Assembly: GCA_964016885.1 (NCBI GenBank)
Contig: OZ024743.1
Location: forward strand, 98,084,001 to 98,148,000
Length of the DNA: 64,000 bases
From: Eledone cirrhosa
Taxonomy: Eukaryota
Direction: 5' to 3'
The translations under genes were made by a program, and so were the position numbers. Of this stretch, positions 1-11,800 are shown one piece after another. Position 1 is the first letter of the stretch. Each line of letters opens with the position of its first letter. Below the pieces are notes generated by a model. It saw only the letters and a program-made list of their open reading frames with translations. It was not told where the DNA came from and made no database searches.

Positions 1-860
1 TACATTTTCAAATTACAAAGCTACCAGGATTGAACGCCTGTCTCCATCTCCGTTTGATTGTCAAAATACATATTAACATTCTCTATTAGTCTTCATTCTA
101 TCAACTCTTCTATTCTTTACCATTTAATATAAACTGCTATAGATAAAATGAGATTTCTTAATTCAATTCCCTAATGCATATACCAGCAGGCTACCAGCAT
201 TGTTGTTATACAGTAGCAGTGAAAATCTCTCTCTTCCTTACTTGACACTTTATATCTGTATTAATACTACTACACCAAACGACCAGCCCTGTCCATTGTT
301 CAATTGGTCAAATATAGATTAAAATAGGCACTCCCAAAAATTCTTATTTTGATAAAATAAGCCATATACTCATTGTATTCTCATTAAAAACCTTCTATAT
401 ACTTGTTTACCAGCAAATTGAATTGCCATCTGTCATATACTATCCCTTCTCTTCTTCCTTTCTTACAACTAATATAAATACTTTAATTTTTCTGATTTTT
501 TCCAATTTATCCAATATCTCTGAAGAAGTGACAACTGATTATACATTTGCTATCGAATACTTGCTAACATTGTATGGTGGATTGGCAGTATCGGTAGAGG
601 ATCGGACGCCATGCTTTCCAGCATAGTTACGTCCCTTTACGATCTGAGTTCAAATCCCGCCGAGGTTGACTTTGCCTTTCATTCTTACGGGGTCGATAAA
701 ATAAAGTACCAGTAATGCACTGGGTAATTGCTGGCCTTGTGCCTAAAGTAGAAACAATTATATGATTACACAAGCAGCGATACATAGGTATTCCGTCTGT
801 TACAGAAACATATGTCAATACCTAATAAATTCCTTTATAAAACGACTTTCATTTTATATA
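1..860 (+). mobile_element. 3' end of a Penelope-like element (end of endonuclease ORF plus terminal repeat with hammerhead relic)
   Basis: First ~40 nt read like the frameshifted PLE C-terminal motif (IFKLQ..PGLN). CTGAAGA at 520-526 and GAAA-CATATG-TC at 805-816 form a hammerhead core split by a SINE. Ends in (TA)n. Confidence 0.5.
576..760 (+). mobile_element. tRNA-derived SINE, full length (dominant family in window)
   Basis: A-box-like TGGCAGTATCGG, B-box GAGTTCAAATCC, central GCCTTTCATTCTTACGGGGTCGATAAAATAAAGTACCAG (resembles the MetaSINE domain, from memory), tail GGCCTTGTGCCTAAAGTAGAAACAATTA; many copies in window. Confidence 0.9.
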
Positions 861-883
861 CATCTTTTATATATATATATATG

Positions 884-928
<45 letters not shown>

Positions 929-1167
929 GTTTATTTAATATATATATATATATATATATTAAATAAACATGTTTTAACGGTCTATTCTCCGATTTCTTAC
1001 TTTGCCACGTGCTTACGCTCTGCTAACTCTCTAGCCCACTAAATATTAACACTTCGAATATTTAATACTGCCGGCACTAGTATCGCGCACCTTTGGCATA
1101 CGCTACTTGGCAAATAACTATATGTATCACCTATCCTCCCTTTTTTTTCTCTCTCGATACGTAAATA

Positions 1168-1223
<56 letters not shown>

Positions 1224-1306
1224 ATAATAATAAATTTGTAGACTAAAATCCAAAGAGGGCTCGATAAGGATAAATATATATCAGATATATACGAACCGTA
1301 AAGCAA

Positions 1307-1530
<224 letters not shown>

Positions 1531-1542
1531 GCAATTGATATA

Positions 1543-1645
1543 TTCTTCTTCTTCTTCTTTGTCCACATATGCCTGAGAGAGTCACGAGGGAAGAGTTCTC
1601 AAACACTCCTTCCAGCAGGTCCTGTCAGAAGCAACCGTCTCCAAT
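1543..1645 (-). mobile_element. RTE-like LINE 3' terminal fragment with (GAA)n tail
   Basis: Minus strand encodes ETVASDRTCWKECL (A.DR..W motif of RTE C-termini) followed by GAAGAAGAAG. Confidence 0.55.
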
Positions 1646-1691
1646 TGATCCATATGCATATACATTTTATTTCTATTTACATATATATATA

Positions 1692-2220
1692 TATTGTTAT
1701 ACTTTGGGAGGGTCATGTTGCCAATAAGAAACACACGCACCAGTTGCTTTCACTTCAATTTATTATAAATTAAATTTATAAATTTCCGGTTGGTTGGTTG
1801 GTTCCACAACCAGACGATTGTTCATATATTGTCAAAGTTCTTTCGTCACACATTCTGTGACCTCTTCAGTGACTGGGGATTCTTTTCTTTGTTTTTGTGC
1901 CTCTCCTTTGTTCTGTCCAAAACAAGATAGCGTAGGACAGAAAAAAGGAGTGGCACAAAAACAAAGAAAATAATCCCCACTCACTGAAAAGGTCACAGAA
2001 TGTGTGACGAAAAAACTTTCACAATATATGAACAATCGTCTGGTTGTGGAACCAACCAACCAACCGGAAATTTATAAATTCCTAAATTTATAAATTTAAT
2101 TTATAATAAATTGAAGTGAAAGCAACTGGTACGTTTCTTATTGGCAACATGACCCTCCCAAAGTATAAGAATATCGGTTTCAACACACGTTTTCAGATAA
2201 AGAATCTTGCTAAACAAATT
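1692..2220. mobile_element. Fold-back element (about 220-bp arms, 16-nt loop, 50-bp tail) with hammerhead motif
   Basis: 1697-1918 is inverted to 1935-2168; a related copy lies in reverse orientation at 29605-30137. Confidence 0.85.
1831..1873 (-). ncRNA. Minimal type I hammerhead ribozyme motif
   Basis: Minus strand: GTCA-CTGAAGA-GGTCAC-AGAATGT-GTGAC-GAAA-GAAC-TT-TGAC; 4-bp stem I, 5-bp stem II, minimal stem III. Confidence 0.65.
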
Positions 2221-2236
2221 CAGAAACGAAATATAT

Positions 2237-4050
2237 ATGGGACTAGTCAGTAAGGCCATACTTAGAAACATAGTTAAGACCATTAGTACCAAGTCCAACC
2301 TACCCCAGTGGGAGACAGCGACTCCATAATTAAGTGGTTTAACTCTTTTAAATCCAAAAAAGCGAAGTTTACACAGTTTGACATTGTCGATTTTTACCCG
2401 CCGATCTCAGAGACCCTGTTAAACAAAGCGTTGGACTTCGCTACCACTTATACCACCGTCGATGGTTTAGAGAGGGAAATCATCGCTCACTGCCGGAAAA
2501 CCCTCCTCTTCAACGACGGAGTAGCCTGGGCAAAGAAGTCTACATCTTCAGACCTGTTCGACGTCTCCATGGGATCGTTTGACAGTGCTGACGTATGTGA
2601 CTTGGTTGGCCTTTTTATCTTAGACATATTACGTGTTAGATTCCCGGATTTCCACACGGGAATATACAGTGACGATGGACTGACTTTATCGAGCCATAAA
2701 AGTGGTCACGACCTCGACCGGTTTAAAAAAGACTTAGCTTCTACCTTCAATGAGTTAGTAGCCACCAACCTCTCTAGCGTGGATTTCTTAGACATTAATT
2801 TAGACCTTCGCACACATACCCACAGACCCTTCCATAAGCTAAACGAGAAACTTAATTACATTCACAAGGACTCATGCCACCCTCCCACTGTTTTTAGAAA
2901 CTTCGTTAAGAATATCAGTACTAGAATCTCAAACCTCTCCTTTAATAAGGCTATCTTTGACAGGGCGGCACCCTACTATAACACGGCGTTGGCTAACAGC
3001 GACTTCTCACAACCTTTCACCTACTCTCCCACTAGCAACAACACCATTAAAAAAAAGTAAGCGCATCAATAGACAAACTATCTGGTTCTCTCCTCCCTTC
3101 TCACTCAACGTTAAAACCAATGTAGGGAAAACATTTCTAGCCCTTTTAGATAGACACTTCCCCATAGGTCATAAATACCGCTCCATCTTTAACTGACACA
3201 AAGTTAAACTAGGATACTCCTGCGCTAAGAACATGAAGGCCCACATCACCAGCAGCCCTAGGAGCAACACCCCACCAGGGTGTTCTTGTCGTAAGCCTTA
3301 AGCTTGCCCCCTTCAACAACAATGCAACACACCAGCTGTAATCTATGAAGCTGTGGTCACTTCCAACCGACCAAACGAACCACAGGAGGTCAAATCCTAT
3401 GTGGGCATGGCGGAGGGCCGATTCAAGGAGCGTTTCCTGAACCACCAGTCTACCTTCAGATACCCGGACAGACCTTCATCCACGAAACTCGCGAGCCACG
3501 TATGGTCCCTCAAGGACTCAAGTATAGGGTACTCCATTCAATGGAAAGCCATCACTAAGTCCAAGCCATACGCAAGGGGAAATCCGACGTGTAGCTTATG
3601 TATTGACGAACGAATAACTATCCTAAAGAGATTACGCAATAGTGATTGCCTCAACACGAGAAGTGAATTTTTCACACGTTGTCCACACGTCACCAAACAT
3701 CTATTACATAACTACAAGGCTCCGGACTGATTCTTTGTAATTTTATTTTTTTATTTTTTTATTTTATTTTCAACCAAAAAACTTTCCGGACTTTCGCAGT
3801 TATCTCCCTTACACCCCCCGCACGCAGTCTACTATTGCCTGTGTGAAGTGACCGAGTTTCTGCGCATGCGAGTTCGTACGGTTGTCCTTCCTGTTCCTAT
3901 AATCATATACATCCCGAGCTGAAGATCCGCGAAGGTGAAACAATTGTTCTCGGTATGGTGAACTAACTGTTGTGTAACCACTTCTATCTAACTCGTCCCT
4001 TGGACTGAGTGCTCTACCACTACGGATATTACCTTCCAGTGTTCCACCAC
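2237..4050 (+). mobile_element. Penelope-like retroelement, Naiad-like, 5'-truncated; RT plus GIY-YIG, disrupted
   Basis: ORFs 2308-3060 (FDIVDFYP, SMGSFDSADVCDLVG, YSDDGL), 2957-3196 ([16 protein letters not shown]), CSCRKP-ACP cysteine motif at ~3280, and 3353-3730 (YVGMAEGRFKERFLNH, CSLC). Frameshifts and stops present; ends in (TA)n. Confidence 0.9.
3912..3955 (+). ncRNA. Minimal type I hammerhead ribozyme motif in PLE terminal repeat
   Basis: CCGAG-CTGAAGA-TCC-GCGAA-GGT-GAAA-CAATTG-TT-CTCGG; stem I CCGAG/CTCGG; palindromic stem III CAATTG as in dimer-acting PLE hammerheads; predicted cut after 3948. Confidence 0.75.
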
Positions 4051-4099
4051 TATATATATATATAATATAAGATCAAAAGATGGTTAAAAGAGTTCCATG

Positions 4100-4170
4100 T
4101 ATTTTATTATGCGCATTTCAAAAACAAATATCATCATGGGATAATATTTGCGTTCTCATCAGATAAAATA
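4100..4170 (-). ncRNA. Type I hammerhead ribozyme motif, intact core (left arm)
   Basis: Minus strand: TATTTTAT-CTGATGA-long stem II-GAAA-TGCGCA-TA-ATAAAATA. Confidence 0.8.
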
Positions 4171-4266
4171 GGGAGACATGATATGAAGCTTAAAAAACAC
4201 TTGCGAGCAGTGAAGTGTTAAATCAACATATCGCAAGTGATTTTTAAGCTTCATGTCATGTCTCCC

Positions 4267-4337
4267 TATTTTATCTGATGAGAATGTAAATATTATCCCA
4301 TGATGATATTTGTTTTTGAAATGCGCATAATAAAATA
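4267..4337 (+). ncRNA. Type I hammerhead ribozyme motif, intact core (right arm)
   Basis: TATTTTAT (4267-4274), CTGATGA (4275-4281), stem II AAATATTATC/GATGATATTT, GAAA (4318-4321), TGCGCA, TA, ATAAAATA; perfect 8-bp stem I. Confidence 0.8.
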
Positions 4338-5031
4338 CATGGAACTCTTTTAACCATCTTTTGATCTTATATTATTATTTATACTCCAGTCCTATAAACT
4401 GTTGAGTGCTACTTATCCGTTATTTGCATTGTTTTATTGTGCTACAATAAAACTCACCTCCTACATATATATATATATATATATATAGAATGGATACAGT
4501 TTAGTTGAAAGGAATTTATTGACACGTAATATTTATATTACAACACAACGGAAAATACTGTATATATATATATATATAGTGAGAGAGAGGGGGGATGCAT
4601 ATACATTATACTTGTATGTACAAATATATACATTTACATAGACAGGGAGGGAAAGAGAAAGACTGGCAGACAGTCGGACAGAGGGGACGGGTGGAAAAGA
4701 ATTAAACATTGTTTAATATATCCGAACATGTCATCAGACTTGATATCTGTTGTGATAAAATCTATGTCTAGAGGAGGGGGTGCAAATTGTTAATGACATT
4801 GCTGTATTTAAAGTTGAAGTTTTATAGAATTTAATAGTAAATGGCCAACATTTTTCCTGTAAAACAAAACAGTTCTGTGACAGCCGACGTTATTAAAAAT
4901 AAATCTGACATAATGCTTTCTCTTTTTACAATACTGAGGAAGAGCTATAAAGTGATTTAGATACATACTAATAAATGTTGCGTTGACGAAAGTGTATACG
5001 CGCGCACAGACATCAGCACGCAGACACACAG

Positions 5032-5107
<76 letters not shown>

Positions 5108-5108
5108 T

Positions 5109-5146
<38 letters not shown>

Positions 5147-5149
5147 ATC

Positions 5150-6330
5150 GGCACAAAAATGCTCACAGAGAAACAGTTGTATACGACGAACATAAAGCTG
5201 GACCATAATCTCATCAGCCACCTTCTGGCGTACAATTTCGCACATTGAGGTGTTATTGCAATTGTAACACCTTAAGGGAGACCTCTTCAACCTTTTTTTT
5301 CCAATCATTTCACCTACTGTCCGATCAACCTTTTAATCAAAGCTCCACCAGCTCAAACTACTTATGATCAGATTATTTTATTGACACGCATTCAGGTCTC
5401 TTTATCTTGAAAAACTGCTTTGCTATGCCAAACCTCAGTGTCATGTGTTGTAGCCTTTTTCGCCGAACTCGGTATCTCCAACCGGCATTGTGCGAAGGAG
5501 ATATGCAACACCTACTTCTATAACACATACAAACGACTTCGATTTCGGTCTCCCATTATAATAGTATTGCCGGGATTGCTGTCCTGATTGCATTCTTTTT
5601 ATTCCTGAATAAACGATATCATCCCCAACACCACAGCTCCTACCGCGATCAAAACATCAGAATTATATGACTTTGACAAGACTCGGCTTTCATCGCGCAG
5701 TTGTTCCCCAAGCTCAACAAAATTGGAAGCGATACAGTGTCTTGGACAAACCTTGTAGTGCCCCTGCTTAATGGGTACAAGCTAGCAGGATTCAGCTCAT
5801 TTTTCCTTCCCAGCACCAGCTGGTAACAACCATCCCAGCTTAAATTTTCACTCAAGCTTGGTCACCAAATCTGAGACAATATAAATACCGTTGCGCATCT
5901 ACAGATGGGTTTACTTGTTACCATCTTCTGTCATACCGCATCCAATTTTCCATGGCTGTCAGAACCAGTGGAGTTACACCGTGGATACAATAAAAGAGCG
6001 GACTACACCACAATTATCACGTTCCGAGACAGTTTCAAATCTGTGCTGTGGCCTACAGTAATACTTTCTCAAGCAGAAACCTGAGGAAATCAACATCAAG
6101 CCCAGGCTTCAAAATACCGGTTGATCTCTGATAGGTTTCTTTTCAAACTCATGAAGGTGGAAACATCTGGTCTCCTGGACCCTTGAAGCACCTCACTACT
6201 CAGGTCAGAATAGAGATGACCATCCACAAGAAGAGGATCCCTAAGGCGGACTGGCTATTTCAGCCCATCTCTCTCGCTATCCGCTGGAGTAATACATTTG
6301 CTACGTTTTGTAAGACTATGAAGACCTGGT
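5150..6330 (-). pseudogene. Highly degenerate non-LTR retroelement RT-like relic
   Basis: Higher-GC stretch; minus-strand pieces read PIKQG/GALQG and VLGDDIV (RT motifs B and C) with frameshifts; CYNC motif near 5265. Confidence 0.35.
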
Positions 6331-6340
6331 GTGATGTTGT

Positions 6341-6507
6341 TATTGTATTAACGAAATAAAGTACCAGTAATACACTGGGATAATTGCTGGCCTTGTGCCA
6401 AAAGTAGAAACAGTTATTGTATTAACGAAATAAAGTACCAGTAATACACTGGGATAATTGCTGGCCTTGTGCCAAAAGTAGAAACAGCTATTGTATTAAC
6501 GAAATAA
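6341..6507 (+). repeat. Two tandem SINE 3' tails (74-bp period) separated by a thrice-repeated 19-mer
   Basis: TATTGTATTAACGAAATAA at 6341, 6415 and 6489, with the SINE tail AGTACCAG...GTAGAAACAG between. Confidence 0.85.
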
Positions 6508-6589
6508 GAATTTTATAATTTTGGAAACAATATAAGTTGAATAATTCCCTCGTCTGATAAAGTTGTTTATTCTTCTGTTAATAAATATC

Positions 6590-6716
6590 AGTTGTTGTTG
6601 TTGTTGAGGATAATACAGAGCATGATGCTGCTGTTGTTGTTGTTGTTGTTGCTGTTGTTGTTGCTGCTGTTGTTGTTGTTGTTCTTGTTCTTGTTTCCTG
6701 CTGTTGTTGTTGCTGC

Positions 6717-6747
<31 letters not shown>

Positions 6748-6828
6748 GTTGTTGTTGCTGCTGCTGCTGCTGCTGCTGTTGTTGTTGTTGTTGTTGTTGC
6801 CTGTTGTTGTTGTTGTTGCTTCTGTTGC

Positions 6829-6860
<32 letters not shown>

Positions 6861-6945
6861 CCTGCTATTGTTGTTGTTACTGCTGCTGTTGTTGTCGTTT
6901 TTGCTGCTGCTGTTGTTGTTGTTCCCTGCTGTTCTCGTTACTGCT
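6590..6945. repeat. (GTT/GCT)n compound trinucleotide microsatellite
   Basis: Direct reading. Confidence 0.95.
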
Positions 6946-8659
6946 ATATGATCTATAATTGAAGGCATTCCGTTCATATCAATTCCGTAATTGTTCAAGG
7001 ATACTATAACCAGGTCTACACCATCCACTATGTCCTTCCTCTTTTAAAGACCGAGTTGTTGTATGCCTCCCATTAGATCGTTTGAAGAAGAAACGCGATG
7101 TCCACTTCTACATTCAAGTCGTAGTTATTGCTCCAGGTTAGAACTCATCACGTTGACCTGTGAACACAGATGTTTTAGCCAAGATCATCCAGTCTTTAAC
7201 TGTCACATTTTATTTAGTACCACAATCGGCTCTCTTCAAACGTTATCGACTTTGAACGTGCAAAAGACAAAAGTGGTCTCGGCGGAATTTGAACTCGGAG
7301 CTCAGTGAGCCGGAACAAATACCGAACAGTTTAATGTAACGCACTCTATCTTTCTTCATTTTCTCTCGCTCTCTCCTTCTCTTGAAGAATTCGGTTGTGT
7401 TTAGACCTGGAGAGAGATAAGCACCGCCAGATTTAAAATATCCAAAATAAGCCGTGTATCATGACAGAACCATTTTCCTTTCTTTTTAAAAGAAACATTA
7501 ATGAGGTGTGTTTTGAGAGAGATCTGGCTGCCTTTTAGGTGGAACAGATTAAACGACTGCATAGTGACTCCTCCTGAAATGTCACAGGTCGTTTCACATT
7601 CAGTAGCAGAGTTATCAGAATAAAACTCGCCATACAATCAAATCTGATAGTTTTTGTGTTTCTCATTTCAATGCACTAACACTTTGTACTTTAAATGGCG
7701 CCGTTTTGCTCCAAATTAATGAGTTTCTTTAAATCTCATCTCATTTTTTATTCAAGATAGAAACAGCTCTTACAATGCAACCGTTTGTAGTCACTATTCC
7801 GCTAAAAAAAAAGCGAAATATTTACATCCATCATATTTCCCCTAAAATATTATTTATATTTTTCTGGCTTTGTTAGAATGTCTTGTTAGTGATGCTGTTG
7901 TTCTTTCAGTTAATGTTCTTATTATTTTCTTTGGTTATATTTCCAACAGCTTCATTAGAATAATCCATACGTTTTCTGTTTACTATAAGCTAGCTTGTTT
8001 GTTTTGTCTTGTTTAAAATATTTTTAATCATTTTCTAAGGATTATTTTAAATAATTAATTACTTTTAAAAAAACAGGTAAAGAACAAATAAAATGGACGA
8101 AATATGGAATGATACGAAATGAAATTTACAACAAAAAAAATCTTATATATCTTATTTCTCAAAGAGAATGCTTTTGACATCCCTGTTGCTTAAACCATTT
8201 CTTACTGCCATTCACATGCAATTCTAATCCCTGTATTAATAAAACTTCAGAAAATAGTCGAGAATAAATTTGCTTAATATACTATTTTTTCTCTCTTCTT
8301 CTGCATATAATTTTAGAATTTTGAATAGATTTATAATTTGTCATATACAGCTAGCTATAAATTATTCTCCACGATATAATAATAATAATAAAGTATAAGA
8401 TTACAGTTTTTACGCTCAGCAAGCCATAACGAATCACTTTACGCCATAGGGCCCCAATATTTAATATTTAATTTTGGATCAGAAATGTTATAGTCGAAAA
8501 AGAGAAAATGGCTAAGTGGACAGACAGGCAAATAATTTCACCACCAACACCACCACCACCACCATCACCACTACCACGCCAAGAACTCTAGTCAAATTAC
8601 CTCAACTTCTATTTCTACTTCAACTTCAACACCATCACTACAGTACTACGATCACATCA

Positions 8660-8803
8660 CCACCACCACTGCCTCATTACCGCTACCGCCGCTATTCTCT
8701 CCCACTACCTCCTGCTAAGTACTACTAGCACAGCACCACCACGACCACCACCACTGCCTCATTATCACTACCGCCGCTATTCTCTCCCACTACCTCCTGC
8801 TAA
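8660..8803 (+). repeat. Direct repeat of ~58 bp within a (CAC)-rich low-complexity tract
   Basis: CCACCACTGCCTCATTA...CTACCTCCTGCTAA occurs at ~8660 and ~8746. Confidence 0.8.
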
Positions 8804-11800
8804 TACATGCATCGTAGTGTCCCCACTAAAAGAGGAAGGCATCAAAAGATATAAATAGACTGATTTGATGACCCGGTCAAAAAATCAAAATACCAAAAAT
8901 CAAAATCAAAACAGCACAGCAACAACGAAAAACGTAAAGAAAAGAAAAAAAAAAGAAAAACAAACAGACAGACAGAGAAGGAAAAAGAAAAAATAAGTCA
9001 GACATTCAAACATTACATTACAATGAAACTTATGCTTATTCTTGTTTGTTTATTTATGTTCGTCTACAGCGTGATAGTGCCACACTAAAATCACCGGGGG
9101 TGATGAAATCACCGGAGGTTATGAAATCACCGGTGATTATGTAACCATACATTCACCAATCCTCGATAAGTGTTTAAATGTCGAACCTAAACAGTTCAAA
9201 TAACAGTGAAGTGGAGACTGGAATGTCATGTGACAGACTCTCACCCAGCAGGCGCTCCCTGGCTCAGCAGCAGGGACCTGGCTGTCAACCAAATACTGCT
9301 GGTGTCGGAGGAAGAAAAAGAAGGAAAGGGACCAGAACCAACTGGACGAAAGAATTGAATAGAACTGTTATGCAATGTTACCTGAAGAGTAACCCCAAGG
9401 AGAAAGGATATAGGAAACGGATGCATAACATCTGGAACGAGATTGGTCTATTTAAATTAGATGAACAAAAATTGGCCGGGCAGGCTCGGGTAATAAGAAC
9501 TAATGGGTGGATAAGCGAGCTGGAACCGGAGGAACTGAGCAGAGAGATTAGGTTGGAAATGGAGAGTAGAGTATGCCAGGCAAACGAGTCAGTGGGAAAT
9601 GAAGGTGAAGAGGTTGAGAGAACGGAGGAACCATCCGAAGCAGACAATAATCTGAATGCTGAAATAAATAATACCTGGAACAAAGATACGGCTATTGAGG
9701 ATATGAATGCTGACGGGCTAGAACAAGATTTGGTTGATATCCTAAACTTAGTGGTAGATGAATTGAACAATGATAGTGGGAAACCTATGAACCTAAGATT
9801 TGTAGACAGGAAAAAGTTAAAAGAAACAACAGCTAAGGTAAACAAAGTCATCCCATACCTTGAGGCGAGGAGCCTTCACCAGTGCAACAATATCCTCAAA
9901 GCAATAGCAAATGCGGTGAGGAAATTACTTGGCATAAAAGCGAGAGGAAACAACAAACAAGAAAGATCAGACCTTGGTGGAAGAAACGACTGAATGGTCA
10001 AACCAGGGAAATGAGAAATGACATTGGAAAGCTTGAGTCCCTACTGAATGGGACACTACAAAACATAGACACTAAAAATAGACTGGAAATAAAGTACAAA
10101 ACTAGGAGGAAAAAGCTAAATATTATCATAGAGGAACTGAAGCAACGCATTGTAGCAAAGAGTGCAAAAATTAGGCGATACGAGAGCAGAGTCAGTCAGT
10201 ATAGACAGAACCGCATGTTTGATAACAACCAGAAGATGCTGTTTGGACAGCTTGAAGGGAAAGAAAGAGGCAACGACTTGATCCCTGAGGCGGAACAAAC
10301 TAAGACATTCTGGAGAGGAATATGGGAGCAGGATGTTAAACATAATGACCAGGCAGTGTGGATTGAGACAGTACAAAAGGAGATTAGTGAACAGGCTCAC
10401 CAACAAACTGATTTGAGTATCGCAGTTGAAACTCTTAAGGGGCAGGACAAAAAACTAACCAACTGGAAATCACCAGGCCCAGATGGTGTGCAGGGGTATT
10501 GGATTAAAAATATAACATCCCTCCAGGTGAGGTACCAGAGTGGTTGACAAAAGGTATCACAGTTCTGGTAATGAAAGACCGAATCAAGGGTAATGATGTT
10601 GCCAACTATAGACCTATCACATGTCTGTCCGTAATGTGGAAACTGTTGACAAGCATTATGTCTGAGGAAATCTACCATCACCTCCACACAAACAACTTGT
10701 TACCGGACGAACAGAAAGGATGCCGAAAGAAGTCCCGTGGTACAAAGGAGCAATTACTTATTGATAAGATGGTAATGAGGAATTGCAAGAGGAGACACAC
10801 TGGTCTTGCCATGGGATGGATAGACTACAAAAAGGCATTTGACATGGTGCCTCATTCTTGGATCACCAAAAGCCTAGAGATCTTCAAGGTGGCAGATAAC
10901 ATCAGACAGTTGTAGGGCAAAAGTATGAAGTCCTGGAAAACAGCGTTAACATCAGCTGGAGAATCCTTGGGAGACGTGAAGTTCAAGAGAGGTGTCTTCC
11001 AGGGAGATAGTCTGTCCCCTCTGTTGTTTGTCCTTGCCCTGATGCCCCTGACCAGTGTACTGCGAAAAGTGAGAGCAGGATACAAGTTGGGAAAGGGAGA
11101 GCTTACCATCAATCACCTCCTCTTCATGGACGATCTTAAGCTCTTCGGGAAGAGTGAGAAGGGGTTGGATGTGCTTGTTGACACTGTCTGTATTTTCAGC
11201 AATGATATATGTATGCAATTTGGTATTAGTAAGTGTGGAGTCCTTGTGATGTAGAGGGGTAAATTGAGCAGAAGCAACGGAATCCAGGTACCAACAGGTG
11301 AGATGATAAAGGAAATTGACACTGAAGAAGGATACAAGTATTTGGGTGTTCTGGAGGCTGATGACATCAAGAACAAAAAAAATAAAGGAATTGATAAGAT
11401 CTGAATACATTCGGAGAATAAGGAGCGCATTAAAGTCACATCTGAACAGTAGGAATGCCATAAGTGCAGTAAATTCCCGAGCTGTGTCTATTATTAGGTA
11501 CAGTGCGGGGATTCTGAGATGGAATGTTGCTGAACAAAAAGAAATGGATAGGAAGACTAGGAAGCTATTGACTATCTACAACATGTTCCACAAGAGGAGT
11601 GATGTCGATAGACTCTACTTAAGGAGATCTGAAGGTGGAAGAGGTCTTATCAGCATAGAGGACTGTGTTGAGATGGAGAAAAAGAACCTACACAAATACG
11701 TGACTGATAGTAAGGAGCCAATGCTCAGAATTGTACTGAAGGAGAGGACAATAGACCAGGGGATGTCCAAGGAGGAAATAACTGTTTCTACTTTAGGCAC

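Larger units (their letters stand above)
4062..4463. mobile_element. Fold-back PLE-repeat element (145-bp arms, 24-nt loop, ~90-bp tail) in (TA)n
   Basis: 4062-4206 is inverted to 4231-4375 with few mismatches; unpaired 3' tail to 4463; TA repeats on both sides. Confidence 0.9.

Noticed and set aside
2170-2200. Second hammerhead in the fold-back tail
   Set aside because: CTGAAAA core mismatch and no stem I pairing.
3194-3196. In-frame TGA in the Naiad-like PLE as selenocysteine (some Naiads encode selenoproteins)
   Set aside because: It falls at a position that is normally Arg (FNR), so CGA>TGA decay is simpler; the copy also has frameshifts and a TAA stop.
6588-7028. PolyQ/N/T protein
   Set aside because: Trinucleotide microsatellite open in several frames on both strands.
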